This document shows, one piece after another, positions 1-13,052 of a stretch of 64,000 bases of DNA (positions are counted from its first letter, which is position 1; each line of letters begins with the position of its first letter). A program made the position numbers and the translations under genes. The stretch is from Malacoraja senta (lineage: Eukaryota): assembly GCA_038087875.1 (NCBI GenBank), contig CM075988.1:25422001-25486000 (forward strand), read 5' to 3'. The notes beneath the pieces are model-generated. The model worked only from the letters and a program-made list of their open reading frames with translations. It was not told where the DNA came from and ran no database searches.

Positions 1-703
1 ACCGAGTCCACGCCGATCAGCGATCACCCGAGAGGACAATAAAGGGCTATCTATCTAATCTACACTAGAACTATCCTACACACACTCGGGACAATTTACA
101 ATTTTTCAGAAGCCAATTAACCTACAAACCCTGTATGTCTTTGAAATGTGGGAGGAAACCGGTGCACCTGGTGAAAACCCACGTGGTCATGGGGAGAATG
201 CACAAACTCTGTTCCGGATCGAACCCGGGGCACTTGCGCTGAAAGGCAGCAACTCTACCACTGTGCCACCCATTAAGATGGAGCAAAGAGCAATATTAGC
301 CGTGATGTGAGTGAGGGGGGTAAAATGGGATTGATGGGCCGAATGGCTTCCTCAGTTCCCATCAATACAAATCCTACAACTGAGCAGACACACTGCAGGC
401 AGCCAACCAGCCACTGTGGTGTCACCTGGCCCAACCAAGTGAGCATCTCTCTCTGCTGCTCCAACTATTGGCTTGCCACCACGAGAGGGGCCAGCTGATC
501 ATGTGGCCAGGACTATAACACACCACCATCTGTTGGAGACAGCACAGCAACTAAAACAGCTTTCATTTTCAAAAATCCCATGCTGTCAGCCAGCTGCCCA
601 TGCAGAACAAGATGCCCCATCTACACTAGTCCCACCTGCCCGTATTTGGCACAAATCTCTCTAAACCTTTCCTATCCAGGTACCTGTTTAATTGTTATAG
701 TAT

Positions 704-975
704 TTAAGAAGGAACTGCAGATGCTGGAAAATCGAAGGTAGACAAAAGTGCTGGAGAAACTCAGCGGGTGCAGCAGCATCTATGGAGCGAAGGAAATAGG
801 CAACGTTTCGGCCCGAAACCCTTCCGGGTTTCGGCCCGAAACGTTGCCTATTTCCTTCCGGGTTTCGGCCCGAAACGTTGCCTATTTCCTTCAGGGTTTC
901 GGCCCGAAACGTTGCCTGTTTCCTTCGCTCCATAGATGCTGCTCCACCCGCTGAGTTTCTCCAGCACTTTTGTCC
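704..975. mobile_element. PLE-derived fold-back element with internal ~34-bp tandem expansion
   Basis: Inverted arms; TSD AATTGTTATAGTAT (690-703 / 976-989); inserted in a minus-strand CR1. Confidence 0.85.
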
Positions 976-1974
976 AATTGTTATAGTATCTGCCTCACCT
1001 GCTCCTCTGGCAGTTTGTTCCATACACCCACCACCCTCTGTGTGAAACAAAAAGACCCTCATTTTTATATTAAATGTTTCCTATCTCACCTTAAACCGAT
1101 GCTCTCAGCTTCTCGATTCCCCTACTCTGAGTAAAAGACTGTCCCCTTCATCGAAAGCCCTAATTTTTTAATACACCTCTATACTCCTGTCTGCTCAGTG
1201 TGCGGCTCGTGTCATTGACGTACAAGACGAATCGGTTTCACCGAGAATGTCCATTGCATCAAAATAATCTCCACGCCACCACTACCTCATTGGAGACCTC
1301 TGGTCAAACTTTATGGGACTTTGATGTTATATCTTGCACTAAATGTGTGTCTTTACCTGTGCAATGTGGACGTCTGGATTGTATCCATGCAGTCTTTTTG
1401 ACTGGATAGCACGCAAGCAAAGGTTTTCACTGTTCCTCAATACTGGTGATGATAACAAACCCAACTAACAAAAACTTTTCCACAACAGGCAAACAATTTG
1501 TTCGGATGTTTTAAAATTACGTCACCAGGCATCCCAACCAACACTTTTTCATAGAAACATAGAAACATAGAAAATAGGTGCAGGAGGAGGCCATTCGGCC
1601 CTTCGAGCCAGCACCGCCATTCATTGTGATCATGGCTGATCGTCCCCAATCAATAACCCGTGCCTATAGAAGTTCACACAGAGTCTGTGGAATTCTCTTC
1701 CTCAGAGGACAGTGGAGGCCGGTTCTCTGGATACTTTCAAGAGAGAGTTAGATGGAGCTCTTACAGATTGCGGAGTCAGGGGATATGGGGAGAAGGCAGG
1801 AACGGGGTACTGATTATGGATGATCAGCCATGATCACATTGAATGGCGGCGCTGGCTCGAAGGGCCGAATGGCCTACTCCTGCACCTATTGTCTATTGTC
1901 TCCCGTCATTGCAAGAAGATAAAAGGTTTGGATAATGTTGGACAAAGCCAGATGAGGCCAGCTAGCAGAACTGC

Positions 1975-2126
1975 AGAACCTGTCCTGGTTTGTGGAGGTG
2001 CATTACCTGTCCTGGTTTAACAGGGTTCAGTACCTGTGCTGGGCTAAGGGAGGTGGGTTACCTGTACTAGGTTAGCGGAGGTGGGTTACCTGGACTAGTT
2101 TAACAGGGCTTCAGTACCTGTCCTGG
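1975..2126. repeat. degenerate ~27-bp minisatellite (about 6 units)
   Basis: ACCTG recurs at about 27-bp spacing, in two unit types. Confidence 0.7.
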
Positions 2127-4965
2127 GATCACACCGGCCCCTGGGGAAGGGCCACCTCGTCCATTTGTGTAACAGAGAGGAAGAAACTAACTCCATCATG
2201 CTTCTAGTGTCTCATCGCCCATTACTTTTATTTAAATCAGATCTTCAATATCGTTTAAAAAAAAATCCCAAGTCGGCTCAGATGGGACCAACTCCTTCTG
2301 CAGCGCGAAACTAAAAATACATGGCCTGAAAACCAAAACTAAAGTAGAAAATGATGGAAATGCAGAGAATCTGGGGAAGGAAAAGAACGTGATTGAGGTC
2401 CATTTATTGATTCTTCAAACAGAACTGAAAGAGAAATGAGCCACTTAGAACCCAGCAAAGCAACAAGAAATATCAAAGTTTAAAGGTCGTGTTAGGTACT
2501 TAATGGGATCAATCTTCAAACATATTTTTTCTAAAAGAGCTGTTCAAAGCAATTTCAAAGCATTATATTAACATGAAAAGCACCTGAATTGGAAAATGGA
2601 AACGTCGGAAATTCAGAGAAAAGCGTGAAAAAATTCAACGACAGGATGAATAAGTTTACATGTAGCAGACAGCTCGATCACAACTCACTTCATTTGTCGC
2701 ACAGCTTTACACGTTGAATCACTTTCCAAAGAGCAAGTGAGCAGAGAAACAGCCTTTTCACAAAAGCTATATTTAAGAGGGAGTTAGATGTGGCCCTTGT
2801 GGCTAAGGGGATCAGGGGGTATGGAGAGAAGGCAGGTACGGGATACTGAGTTGGATGATCAGCCATGATCATATTGAATGGCGGTGCAGGCTCGAAGGGC
2901 CGAATGGCCTACTCCTGCACCTATTTTCTATGTTTCTATGTATCTATGTAATACGCAACCGATATCAACACCACTTCATTTGCCTTTCGGTGCTTGAGCT
3001 GAGCATGTGAGCGGGGTCTGGGGACGACGGAGTGTGAGAAAGAGAGCAGAGAGAGACAGGATGAGAGGAAGTAGTAGGCAAGAGACAACCTAGGCCTGAG
3101 GTTCGTTAACTCCATACTGGAACATGCACTACCACTTCCTCAATAATAGACTCCAACATTCCCCATAGTATTTAATTTTGTAGATATCTCTGGCAGCTTT
3201 AGTGGACAATTTTGGCTTCAACCTCACGATTATGCACCACTTTTCCTTTCCTTGTCAAATGGCCCAATCTTCCCTTGATGAATGCCAACATTTTCTCAGG
3301 CATTCTTTTATGGCATTATAAATACTTTCCTTTGATCTAATACAATCTTCAAGTTCCCACAATAGGCACAGCTGGACTAATTTTCCCTTTTTTTGCTTAA
3401 AAGGAAAATATATCAGTTGTAAATCTATTAATTCTTTAACAGCACGAAGCATGTTCATTCTCATTTATCCTCCATCCACCTATTACTTGCCAAGCCTTGT
3501 CCTGCTCCCACGCCTCTTATCCAGCTTTCTCTGACTACTGCAATCAGTCTGAAGGGTCACGTCCAAAATGGCACCTACCCATTCCCTCCACAGATGCTGC
3601 CTGACTTACTAAGTTACTCCAAACTTTGTGTTTTGCTCAACATTCCGTTGAGTGAGATGCAGCTCCTTGCATCTCACTCTCGTTTATGGTTCCAATTAAA
3701 GATGCAGAAGATGGAGGGATTTCTTGTTTTGGAGTGTTGATCATCTTTGGAATTCTCTTATCCAGAGGGTTTGGGAGGCTAACTCATTGGGTGCATTCAA
3801 TGGCAAGATGGTTAGATACTTGGTCTGGAGGGAAGCCAAAAGGTTATGGGGAACAGGCGGCAAAGTGGGCCCCAGGTCAAGATAAGATCAACCATGATCT
3901 TGGAGAATGGGAGAGCAGTCTTCATGCTCTTGTTACTTACGAAACTTGGGCAATTTGGGCCACTTAATGTGTAAGTGGTGAACCAAACCCTCCTCTGCCG
4001 ATCAACATGATAACAGATCAAATAATCAACTACATTGTCACATCCTGCCTTCAATACAAGTTCAACAGAACTACCCCAGAGAGAAACACCCGCTCCGTCA
4101 AAGCTCTACATCGGCTCATGAGACTGAAGCTAAATTCCTAAATGTCGTTCAAAACCTAACATAAGAACAAGACAAACATGACTTTGAGAGACGTTATATA
4201 AAGTGAATCAGCCCACAAGAGTCATGGAACCACAAATCATATGACCCATGATTGCTGCATTGTTCCTTCTTACTGTTGCTCCCATCCAATTAAGTCACTC
4301 AACAAACCACTAAAGAAAACCAACGGGTGGATATTATGATTGAACAGTGAAAGATGGATTTATGTGGCAGTCGGTATGAGTTAGAACATTTGCAGCAGCA
4401 ATTACCAGACTCTAACACGGCGGTACAGTTGCTGCCTCACGGCGCCACAGACCCGGGTTTGATTCTGTCCACGGATGCTGTCCGTATGGAGTTTGTACGT
4501 TCTCCCTGGGGACCACGTGGGCTTTCCCTGGGTTCTCGGGTTTCCTCCCACACTCCAAAGATGTACAGGTTTGCAGGTTAATTGACTTTGGTAAATTGTA
4601 AAATTGCTCCCAGTGTGTAGGATAGTGCTAGTGTGCGGGGTGATCACTGGCCAGCGTGGACTTGGTGGGCCGAAGGGCCTGTTTCCATACTGTATCTCTA
4701 AAGTCAAACACTAAACCTCTAAGTAGCATTGGGGAAAATAACAAAAATGTTTTATCAGAGACATAGATGTTAAACTTATTAGAGGTGGAAAGAGTTTGGA
4801 TTGCAGTTCCTACACCTTGGGTCAGGGTGAGTGAAAGCGTCGCTGGTCTCCTCTCCTCACCCCACCCTGGGAATGAGTAACACATGTTTCTGGTTATGAG
4901 AAACACTGGTTACGTAAAAGTAACGATGATAAAGGAAAAAGACCAGTTTTAGCTGTTTGCTGGGT

Positions 4966-5452
4966 GAGAACGAGAAGCTGGTGAAACTTGGGTGGGGGAG
5001 GGATGGAGAGAGAGGGAATGCAGCGGTTACTTGAAGTACAGGAATAGCTACTTCCCCACAGCCATCAGGCTATTAAATTCAACATACAAAACTCTGAACA
5101 TTATTAGCCCATTATCTGTTTATTTGCACTTTATCTGTTTTATTTATTCATGTGTGTATATATATATAATGGTATATGGACACTGATCTGTTCTGTATTC
5201 ATGCCTACTATATTCTGTTGTGCTGAAGCAAAGCAAGAATTTCATTGTCCTATCTGGGACACATGGCAATAAACTCTCTTGAATCTTGAAGTTAGAGAAA
5301 TCAATAATCATACCGCTGGGTTGTAAGCTGGCCAAGCGAAGTATGAGATGATGTTTCTCCAATTGCGTTTGGCCTCACTCTGACATTGGAGGAGGCCCAG
5401 GACAGAAAGGTCAGTGTGGGAATGGGATGGGGAGTTAAAGTGTTTGGCAGCA
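4966..5452 (-). mobile_element. second PLE GIY-YIG 3' fragment, interrupted by a Rex1/Babar 3' end
   Basis: Minus frame EKHHLILRLASLQPSGMIIDFSNFK is homologous to the 60942-61181 peptide. Split at CTTGAAGT by the insert at about 5038-5285. Confidence 0.7.
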
Positions 5453-8032
5453 TTGCATGTTCGAGGAAACAGACAGGCAAATGTAGGGTGAGGATGCGAT
5501 GAAAGTACAGTCGCAAGTACTTTTGGGAAGTTTCCAGCACAAAGGGTCCCCCATCAAATGGAAATAAAAACCCCAGATCAAAGTCACTGTGCAGAATGAC
5601 AAGTGAAACAAAGTCATCTTGATAAGCAGAGGCCTCGTCCTGACTAGCCCCGGCAAGCCAGTGGAACTTTCTCACACAGCGGTTGTCAATGAAAGTTAAC
5701 CATCATTTTCCACTCGAGTCAGCAGATAACAACAGCCCAGCCCAGCCCAACAATCAGATCAGCATAGAGTGGAAACTGCTGCCAACCAGAAGGCCTCGAT
5801 GTCACAGAAGGTTACAGAGTTCAGGAAGGAGTTGGAGCTAAAGAGTGAGAAGTTTAAAACCAAAGCATTAAAGAGGACCCTCGGACTAACTTTGATCAAA
5901 CTTTGCTGGCTTTACCTTGCACTATTCCCTTATCATGTATCTGTACACTGCGAATGGCTCGATTGTAATCATGTATTATCTTTCCGCTGTCTGGTTAGCA
6001 CGCAACAAAAGCTTCTCACCGTCTCTCGGTACATGTGACAATAAACTATACTGAACTGAACGAGGAGATAACATCAGGCCTGTAACAAGAGGCCAAACTG
6101 AGAAGCACAAGGCAGCAACTCAGCCCGTGCCATGTCACTGGGGAGTGATCCCACTCATCCACCCCTCTCTCCCGTACCCCCACAGCCCACTCTCCCTATC
6201 ACTCCTCTCCAAAGAAAGACACAAAGCGCTGGAGTAACTCAGCGGTCCAGGCAGAGTCTCCGGAGAAAAAGGATGGGTGACGTTTCAGGTCAGGACCCGT
6301 CTTCAGACTCACCCCGACCCAAAATGTCATGCATCCTTTTTCTCCACAGATGCTGCCTGACCCGTTGAGTTACTCCTGCACTTTGTGTCTGTCTTCAGTA
6401 TAAACCAGCATCTGCAGTTCCTTCCCACACAACTCCCCACCAATTCCTTCCTCACTTACCTAGGCCAAGGTTAATTATCTGATCACCACAACTTGGGAAC
6501 ATGATTTTCATGCATTTTTCTTACTACTGTTGCTCCCATCCCATTGAATGACTCGACGAAGCAGAGAAGATATGGCAAGATATGACGATAAAATAACTCA
6601 GAAGGGTGGAAATCCACACAGAAAGCACCCAAGGTCAGGGTCAAACCTGTGTCCCTGCAACTGGCGATGGCAGGAGCTAACTGCAACCCAGGTTCCATCC
6701 GCTGGTGCTGTCTGTGTGGAGCTTGCATGTTCTCCCGTGATGTGTTGGGTATCATCCAGCTGCGTCATATTGGTAAGTTAATTAGCCACGGTAAATGACC
6801 CGCAGTGTGGGTGTCAATGTGCGATAGAGCTGTTCCAGCACAGACACAGGCCCTTCGGCCCACCAAGTCCATGTTGGCACCTAGTCGGCATACAGGAGTG
6901 GTCCCTTTTGTCTGCATTTGGCGAGAACCAGCGAGCATAGGTTTAAGGCGAGAGGGGAAAGATTTAATGGGAACCAGAGGGGCAAGATTTTCCACACAAG
7001 AAACGTTGCCTATTTCCTTCGCTCCATAGATGCTGCTGCACCCGCTGAGTTTCTCCAGCACTTTTGTCTACCTTCGATTTTCCAGCATCTGCAGTTCCTT
7101 CTTAAACCCCAAGTCGGGTATTCCAGTCTAGCTTGCATCACTACACAGGCAGGTCCCAGAGTCATAATTAACAGTGAATAAAACACACCCTCTTCATCAA
7201 GGTCTTTGACCCTCTGACTATCCTTGATCGGACTTTGCTGGCTTCATCTTGCACTAAGTGTTATTCCCTTATCATGTATCTGTACACGGCGGACGGCTCG
7301 ATTGTAATCGTGTATTGTTCTTTCCGCTGACTGGTTAGCAGGCAACAAAAGCTTTTCACTGTACCTCGCTACACGTGACAATGAACGGAACTGATCTTTG
7401 CAAATCGATTCGACAATCTGTTGTCGATCTACAATCAATACCATACAATCAGTTTTATTCCTCACTTGCACATAAAGTTCAAGTGGAATGAATCTGCCAG
7501 CAGCGGTACAATGATAAAGAACACACAAAAACACAATTTAAAAAACCCATGTAACGTTAGCATCCTTCCTCACAAGCTCAGAATATTTGGAAGACAGACT
7601 TCTGCCAGAAATCTCCATCTCGTGGCCCCCCCCTGATGCAGGGTCGGTGTGCTGACTCTCGCATGGACACGCCTGTGGGTGATCGGAGGGGGCTTGTACC
7701 TCTGTGTTGTAATAACAGGACATTCCAATAGGTGGAATCTCAACAGAGGTCTAACGCTGAGCCTAACGCTGAGCCCCAGGGTAGGCGTTAGACCCACAGC
7801 AGCGGCAGCATGAGGCTTGTTTACTCCGGTCGCTCCGGGGATTAACCCTCGCCCGCCCCGCCCCACAGACACATTCCTGGTTCTCCTTGCGGAATATCAC
7901 GGGACCCTGGACATCCACGTGGGCGGAGAGACGGAGGCTGGAATGTACGCAACCTCCTGAACAGTCTGAGTGTCACAGTGTGAGGCCGCTCCCAGTCTAC
8001 TCACAGCTTACTGGTCCAAACACAAACGATGC

Positions 8033-8705
8033 AGAGACACAGAGACACAGAGAGACAGAGAGAGACACACACACACACACAGACATGGACAGAGTGACAC
8101 AGACAGACAGAGACATGGACAGAGTGACACACAGAGACAGAGACAGAGAGACAGAGAGACAGAGAGGCAGAGAGGCAGAGAGGCAGAGAGGCAGAGAGAC
8201 AGAGAGACAGAGAGACAGAGAGACAGAGAGACAGAGAGGCAGAGAGGCAGAGAGGCAGAGAGGCAGAGAGGCAGAGAGGCAGAGAGGCAGAGAGACAGAG
8301 AGACAGAGAGACAGAGAGACAGAGAGAGAGACAGAGAGAGAGACAGAGAGAGAGACAGAGAGAGAGACAGAGAGAGAGACAGAGAGAGAGACAGAGAGAG
8401 AGACAGAGAGACAGAGAGACAGAGAGACAGAGAGACAGAGAGACAGAGAGACAGAGAGACAGAGAGGCAGAGAGACAGAGAGACAGAGAGACAGAGAGAC
8501 AGAGAGGCAGAGAGGCAGAGAGACAGAGACACAGAGAGACAGAGAGACAGAGAGACAGAGAGACACACAGAGACAGAGACAGAGAGACACAGAGACACAC
8601 AGAGACAGAGACAGAGAGATGGAGAGAGAGACACACACACACACAGAATGAGAGTGATAGACACACACACACACACAGAAAATGAGAGGGAGAGAGAGAG
8701 AGACG
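8033..8705. repeat. complex (GAGACAGA/GAGGCAGA)n purine-rich microsatellite
   Basis: Seen directly; explains the low-complexity ORFs at 7887-8753. Confidence 0.97.
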
Positions 8706-8873
8706 AACAGAGAATGCGAGGCCAGTCATAGAATCAGAGACAGTGAGACACACTCAGAGAATGAGACTGCCGTCCCACGACAGGGTGCGAGCAGGGTTTG
8801 TAACGCATGTCAGCATCAAAGAAGTAGGGTTTGGCGAGTCACTGCCCACAACACAGCGACCCTCTCCCATGCC

Positions 8874-8906
8874 GTGCCGGCCAAAGATCCTATAGCAAGT
8901 GCCGGC
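8874..8906. mobile_element. probable excision footprint of the same MITE family
   Basis: GTGCCGGC + CAAAGATCCTATAGCAA (17 nt, 16/17 identical to the TIR start) + GTGCCGGC. Confidence 0.75.
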
Positions 8907-9274
8907 CTGGCTCCGACAGTGGCCGTGGGATGGTGTCTGCCACACACAGCCCCGGGGAAGCACAAGTCCTGTGCCCGAGTTCAAACACAATGGTAAACAC
9001 CGAGAATAAACTTTTAAATGGTGAAGTTCAAAGCCGTAGGAAGGTGGGGGGTTGGGGGTTGGGAGGGGGGGTTGGGGGGGTGGATAGTTTGAATTATTAA
9101 ATTCCATTTTCTTTTTCAAGAAATGAAAACTTTTTGCTGCACTCGAGTACTACAAATGCCTCTACACTGAGACAGGTCTGAATAAGTTCACCAGACAGGC
9201 CTTGGCCATGGTAGGAGGTGCTAGCATGCACTGCATCAGGCCAGTGGGCTCCACACAGCTCACTGTAAAGGTCA

Positions 9275-9551
9275 TTTAAGAAAGAACTGCAGATGCTGGA
9301 AAATCGAAGGTAGACAAAAGTGCTGGAGAAACTCAGCGGGTGCAGCAGCATCTATGGAGCGAAGGAAACAGGCAACGTTTCGGGCCGAAACCCTGAAGGA
9401 AACAGGCAACGTTTCGGGCCGAAACCCTGAAGGAAATAGGCAACGTTTCGGGCCGAAACCCGGAAGGGTTTCGGGCCGAAACGTTGCCTATTTCCTTCGC
9501 TCCATAGATGCTGCTGCACCCGCTGAGTTTCTCCAGCACTTTTGTCTACCT
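9275..9551. mobile_element. PLE-derived fold-back element with internal tandem expansion
   Basis: Inverted arms; TSD TCACTGTAA(A/C)GGTCA (9260-9274 / 9552-9566). Confidence 0.85.
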
Positions 9552-10676
9552 TCACTGTAACGGTCAAACAGGAAGTACAAACACATGCGGTTACTGACAG
9601 TCACAGCCTGGGTCGCCACCACCACCACACACACAGTCCCCACCGTTAATGATTAGCATGAAGACAGCACAGGGCACAGGAAACTAGACACAAAATGCTG
9701 GAGTAACTCAGCGGGGACAGGCAGGCAGCATCTCTGGAGAGAAGGAATGGGTGACGTTTCGTGTCGAGACCCTTCTTCAGACCGACAGTCAGTGGAGACA
9801 GAGGGAGACGAGAGATATGGCTGCAGGTACAGGGAAGAAGGAGAGAGAGAGAGAAAGAAAAAAAATAAGGCAGGGGGGGATTCATTATTTTCAAGGAAAA
9901 TTCCAGGAATGAAGTTTTTAAAACTTTAAAATTCAAACTGAGCCTTCGGTGTGTGCAAATCAAAAATACTCTTCCAGGCAAAAAATACTGTTGCAACCAT
10001 GGCTCTGTTTCTATGCTGTGTATCTAAAGTTGAAAAATGAAAAGTGTTTTATCATTGGGGGGGGGGGATTTAGAATTATGAATGCAAGGCGAGTAGGATT
10101 GAATTATGGTACTGGCTTAGGATAGGCTTAAGGGGCTGAATGGCCTGAAGCTGGATTTCTGGATAGAGAGGATGTGGAGAGGATGTTACCGCTAGTGGGA
10201 GCGTCCAGGGCCAGAGCGCACAGCTCAATAATATAAAAGGACATACCTTTAGAAAGGAAATCAGGAGGAATTTCTTTAGCTAGTGGGTGGTGAATCTGTG
10301 GAAGTTATTGCCCCAGATAGCTGTGGAGGCCAAGACAATGGATATTTTTAAGGTGGAATTTGATAGGCTCTTGAATAGCATGGGTGTCAGGGGTTATGTG
10401 GAGAAGGCAGAAGAATGGGGTTAGGAGGGAGAGATAGATCAGTCATGATTGAATGGCGAAGTAGACTTGATGGGCCGAATGGCCTAATTCTGCTCCTTTC
10501 ATACATAGATACATAGAAAATGGGTGCAGGAGTTGGCCATTTGTCCCTTCGAGCCAGCGCCGCCATTCAATGTGATCATGGCTGATCATCCCCAATCAGT
10601 ACCCCGTTCCTGCCTTCTCCCCATATCCCTTGATTTCGCTAGCCCCAAGAGCTCTATCTAACTCTCTCTTAAATAC

Positions 10677-11101
10677 TGGCTTATACTCGCTAGAATTTAG
10701 GAGATTGAGAGGGGATCTTACAGAAACGTACAAAATTCTTATGGGGTTGGACAGGCTAGATGCAGGAAGATTGTTCCCGATGTTGGGGAAGTCCAGGACA
10801 AGGGGTCACAGCTTAAGGATAAGGGGGAAATCCTTTAAGACCGAGATGAGGAAAAATATTTTCACACAGAGAGTGGTGAATCTCTGGAACTCTCTGCCAC
10901 AGAGGGTAGTTGAGGCCAGTTCATTGCCTATATTTAAGAGAGAGTTAGATGTGGCCCTTGTGGCTAAGGGGATCAGGGGGTATGGAGAGAAGGCAGGTAC
11001 GGGATACTGAGTTGGATGATCAGCCATGATCATATTGAATGGCGGTGCAGGCTCGAAGGGCCGAATGGCCTACTCCTGCACCTATTTTCTATGTATCTAT
11101 G
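10677..11101 (+). mobile_element. young CR1 3' fragment nested in an antisense CR1 (host about 10500-12060)
   Basis: [14 protein letters not shown]...GEKAGTGY*; same tail as the 25452 copy. Confidence 0.93.
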
Positions 11102-11218
11102 TAAATGCATCCAGTGAATCGGCCTCCACTGCCTCCTGAGGCAGAGAATTCCACAAATTCACAACTCTCTGTGCGAAAAAGTTTTTCCTCATCTCAGTTC
11201 TAAACGGCCTACCCCTAA

Positions 11219-11739
11219 AGGGGCTGTCCCACTTGGGCGACCTAATTGGCGAGTTTAGGAGAGTTTGAAAAAAGGTCATGTTGAAGACCTCCTTCGACTA
11301 TGTTGAAGACCAGCTTCGACTAGCTACGACTAACTTCGAGAAAATTGGACACCGAATAGTGGAGAGTGAAGACGACCTCCTTCGATCTCCTTCGACCTCC
11401 TTTCGACCTCCCTTCGATTATGATGAAGACTATCTTCGACTACCATCGACGACCCTCGATTACCTACGACTAACATGCCGACCTACTACGACTAAACCTA
11501 CGAGTAAAAAAAGTGTCGATTTTTTCCATGGCGACCATTTTTTACTCGCGGGCATTTTTTTACATATTCAAAAAAACGCCGCGACCTATCTGAGGCTTCG
11601 AGTACGCGGAGACCACTCTCGAGCATGAAGGTGAGTTACGAAGATCTCCTACGACCTTGTGTCGACCATGCTGCGAGTATGAGTCAATGGCAAACTCGCC
11701 AGAACTAGCAGATTAGGTCGCCCAAGTGGGACAGGCACT
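11219..11739. mobile_element. PIF/Harbinger-like MITE inserted in a CR1
   Basis: TIRs ...CTGTCCCACTTGGGCGACCTAAT / ATTAGGTCGCCCAAGTGGGACAG...; TAA/TTA flanks; CpG-rich interior of CTTCGAC/CTACGAC motifs. Confidence 0.8.
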
Positions 11740-12537
11740 TTAATCTTAAACTGTGGCGCCCGGTTCTGGACTCCCCCAACATCGGAAACATTTTTCCTGC
11801 ATCTAGCCTGTCCAACCCCTGAATAATTTTATATGTTTCTATAAGATCCCCTCTCATCCTTCTAAATTCCAGTGAATACAAGCCCATTCACTCCATTCTT
11901 TCATCATATGTCAGTCCCGCCATCCCGGGATTACACTGAACCTACACTGCACTCCCTCAATAGCAAGAATGTCCTTCCTCAAACTAGGAAATCAAAACTG
12001 AACACAATACTCCAGGTGTGGTCTCACCAGGGCCCTGTACAACTGCAGGAGGACCTCTTTGCTTCTGTAATCAATTCACTTATGACCTTATGAAGGAAAG
12101 AAATCCCAGTGGTCTCGTTCCTCCGCTTCCAGCCCTAAACTTGTCCTCTCTCAATTTCCCACTCCCCTCTGCACTGGGTCCCCATTTGTTCTCCAACTCC
12201 TTCTCCCATTTGACCCCTGGCCTCAATTTCTCCAGCATTCCATGATCCTTTTCTTGAAGGATTTTCCCAATGTCATTATTGATTTCAGATTTTTTTTTCT
12301 CTCTCACTTTCTAATCCATCAACTGCTTGATCATCTTCAACCTCCATGAAGCCTCTGGCTTTTGGTTTCCCTACTCTGGGCAAATTTACCATATCTGTTC
12401 CTCTGGCAAAATCTGAGCAAAATTTCATGTCGTTCCGAGACATGGGTCACGAAAGTTGATTTCTAGACACATTTTTGATGCTCGGCCCACAGCCTAGGAG
12501 GAGTACATTTTGTGACTTTGTCGGGGCCTTTGTGGCG

Positions 12538-13052
12538 GCTCTTATCGGTTGCATCGTGGCTTGGTTCGGCAACTTGAGCGCCCTGGAGAGGAAAAGACTA
12601 CAAAAAGTAGTAAACACTGCCCAGTCCATCATCGGCTCTGACCTCCCTTCCATCGAGGGGATCTATCGCAGTCGCTGCCTCAAAAAGGCTGCCAGCATCA
12701 CCAAGGACCCACACCATCCTGGCCACACACTCATCTCCCTACTACCTTCAGGTAGAAGGTACAGGAGCCTGAAGACTGCAACGACCAGGTTCAGGAATAG
12801 CTACTTCCCCACAGCCATCAGGCTATTGAACTCAACTCAAACAAAACTCTGAACATTAATAGCCCATTATCTGTTTATTTGCACTTTATCTGTTTTATTT
12901 ATTCATGTGTGTATATATTTATATCATGGTATATGGACACACTGATCTGTTCTGTATTCATGCCGTCTATATTCTGTTGTGCTGAAGCAAAGCAAGAATT
13001 TCATTGTCCTATCTGGGACACATGACAATAAACTCTCTTGAATCTTGAATCT
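12538..13052 (+). mobile_element. Rex1/Babar-type LINE 3' fragment
   Basis: CIVAWFGN...LQKVVNTAQSIIG...LLPSGRRYRS...RFRNSYFPTAIRLLN; (TGAATCT)n tail. The same 3' end occurs at 5038-5285. Confidence 0.88.

Noticed and set aside
7887..8753. Long ORFs (220-254 aa) in five frames
   Set aside because: Translations of a stop-free purine microsatellite.
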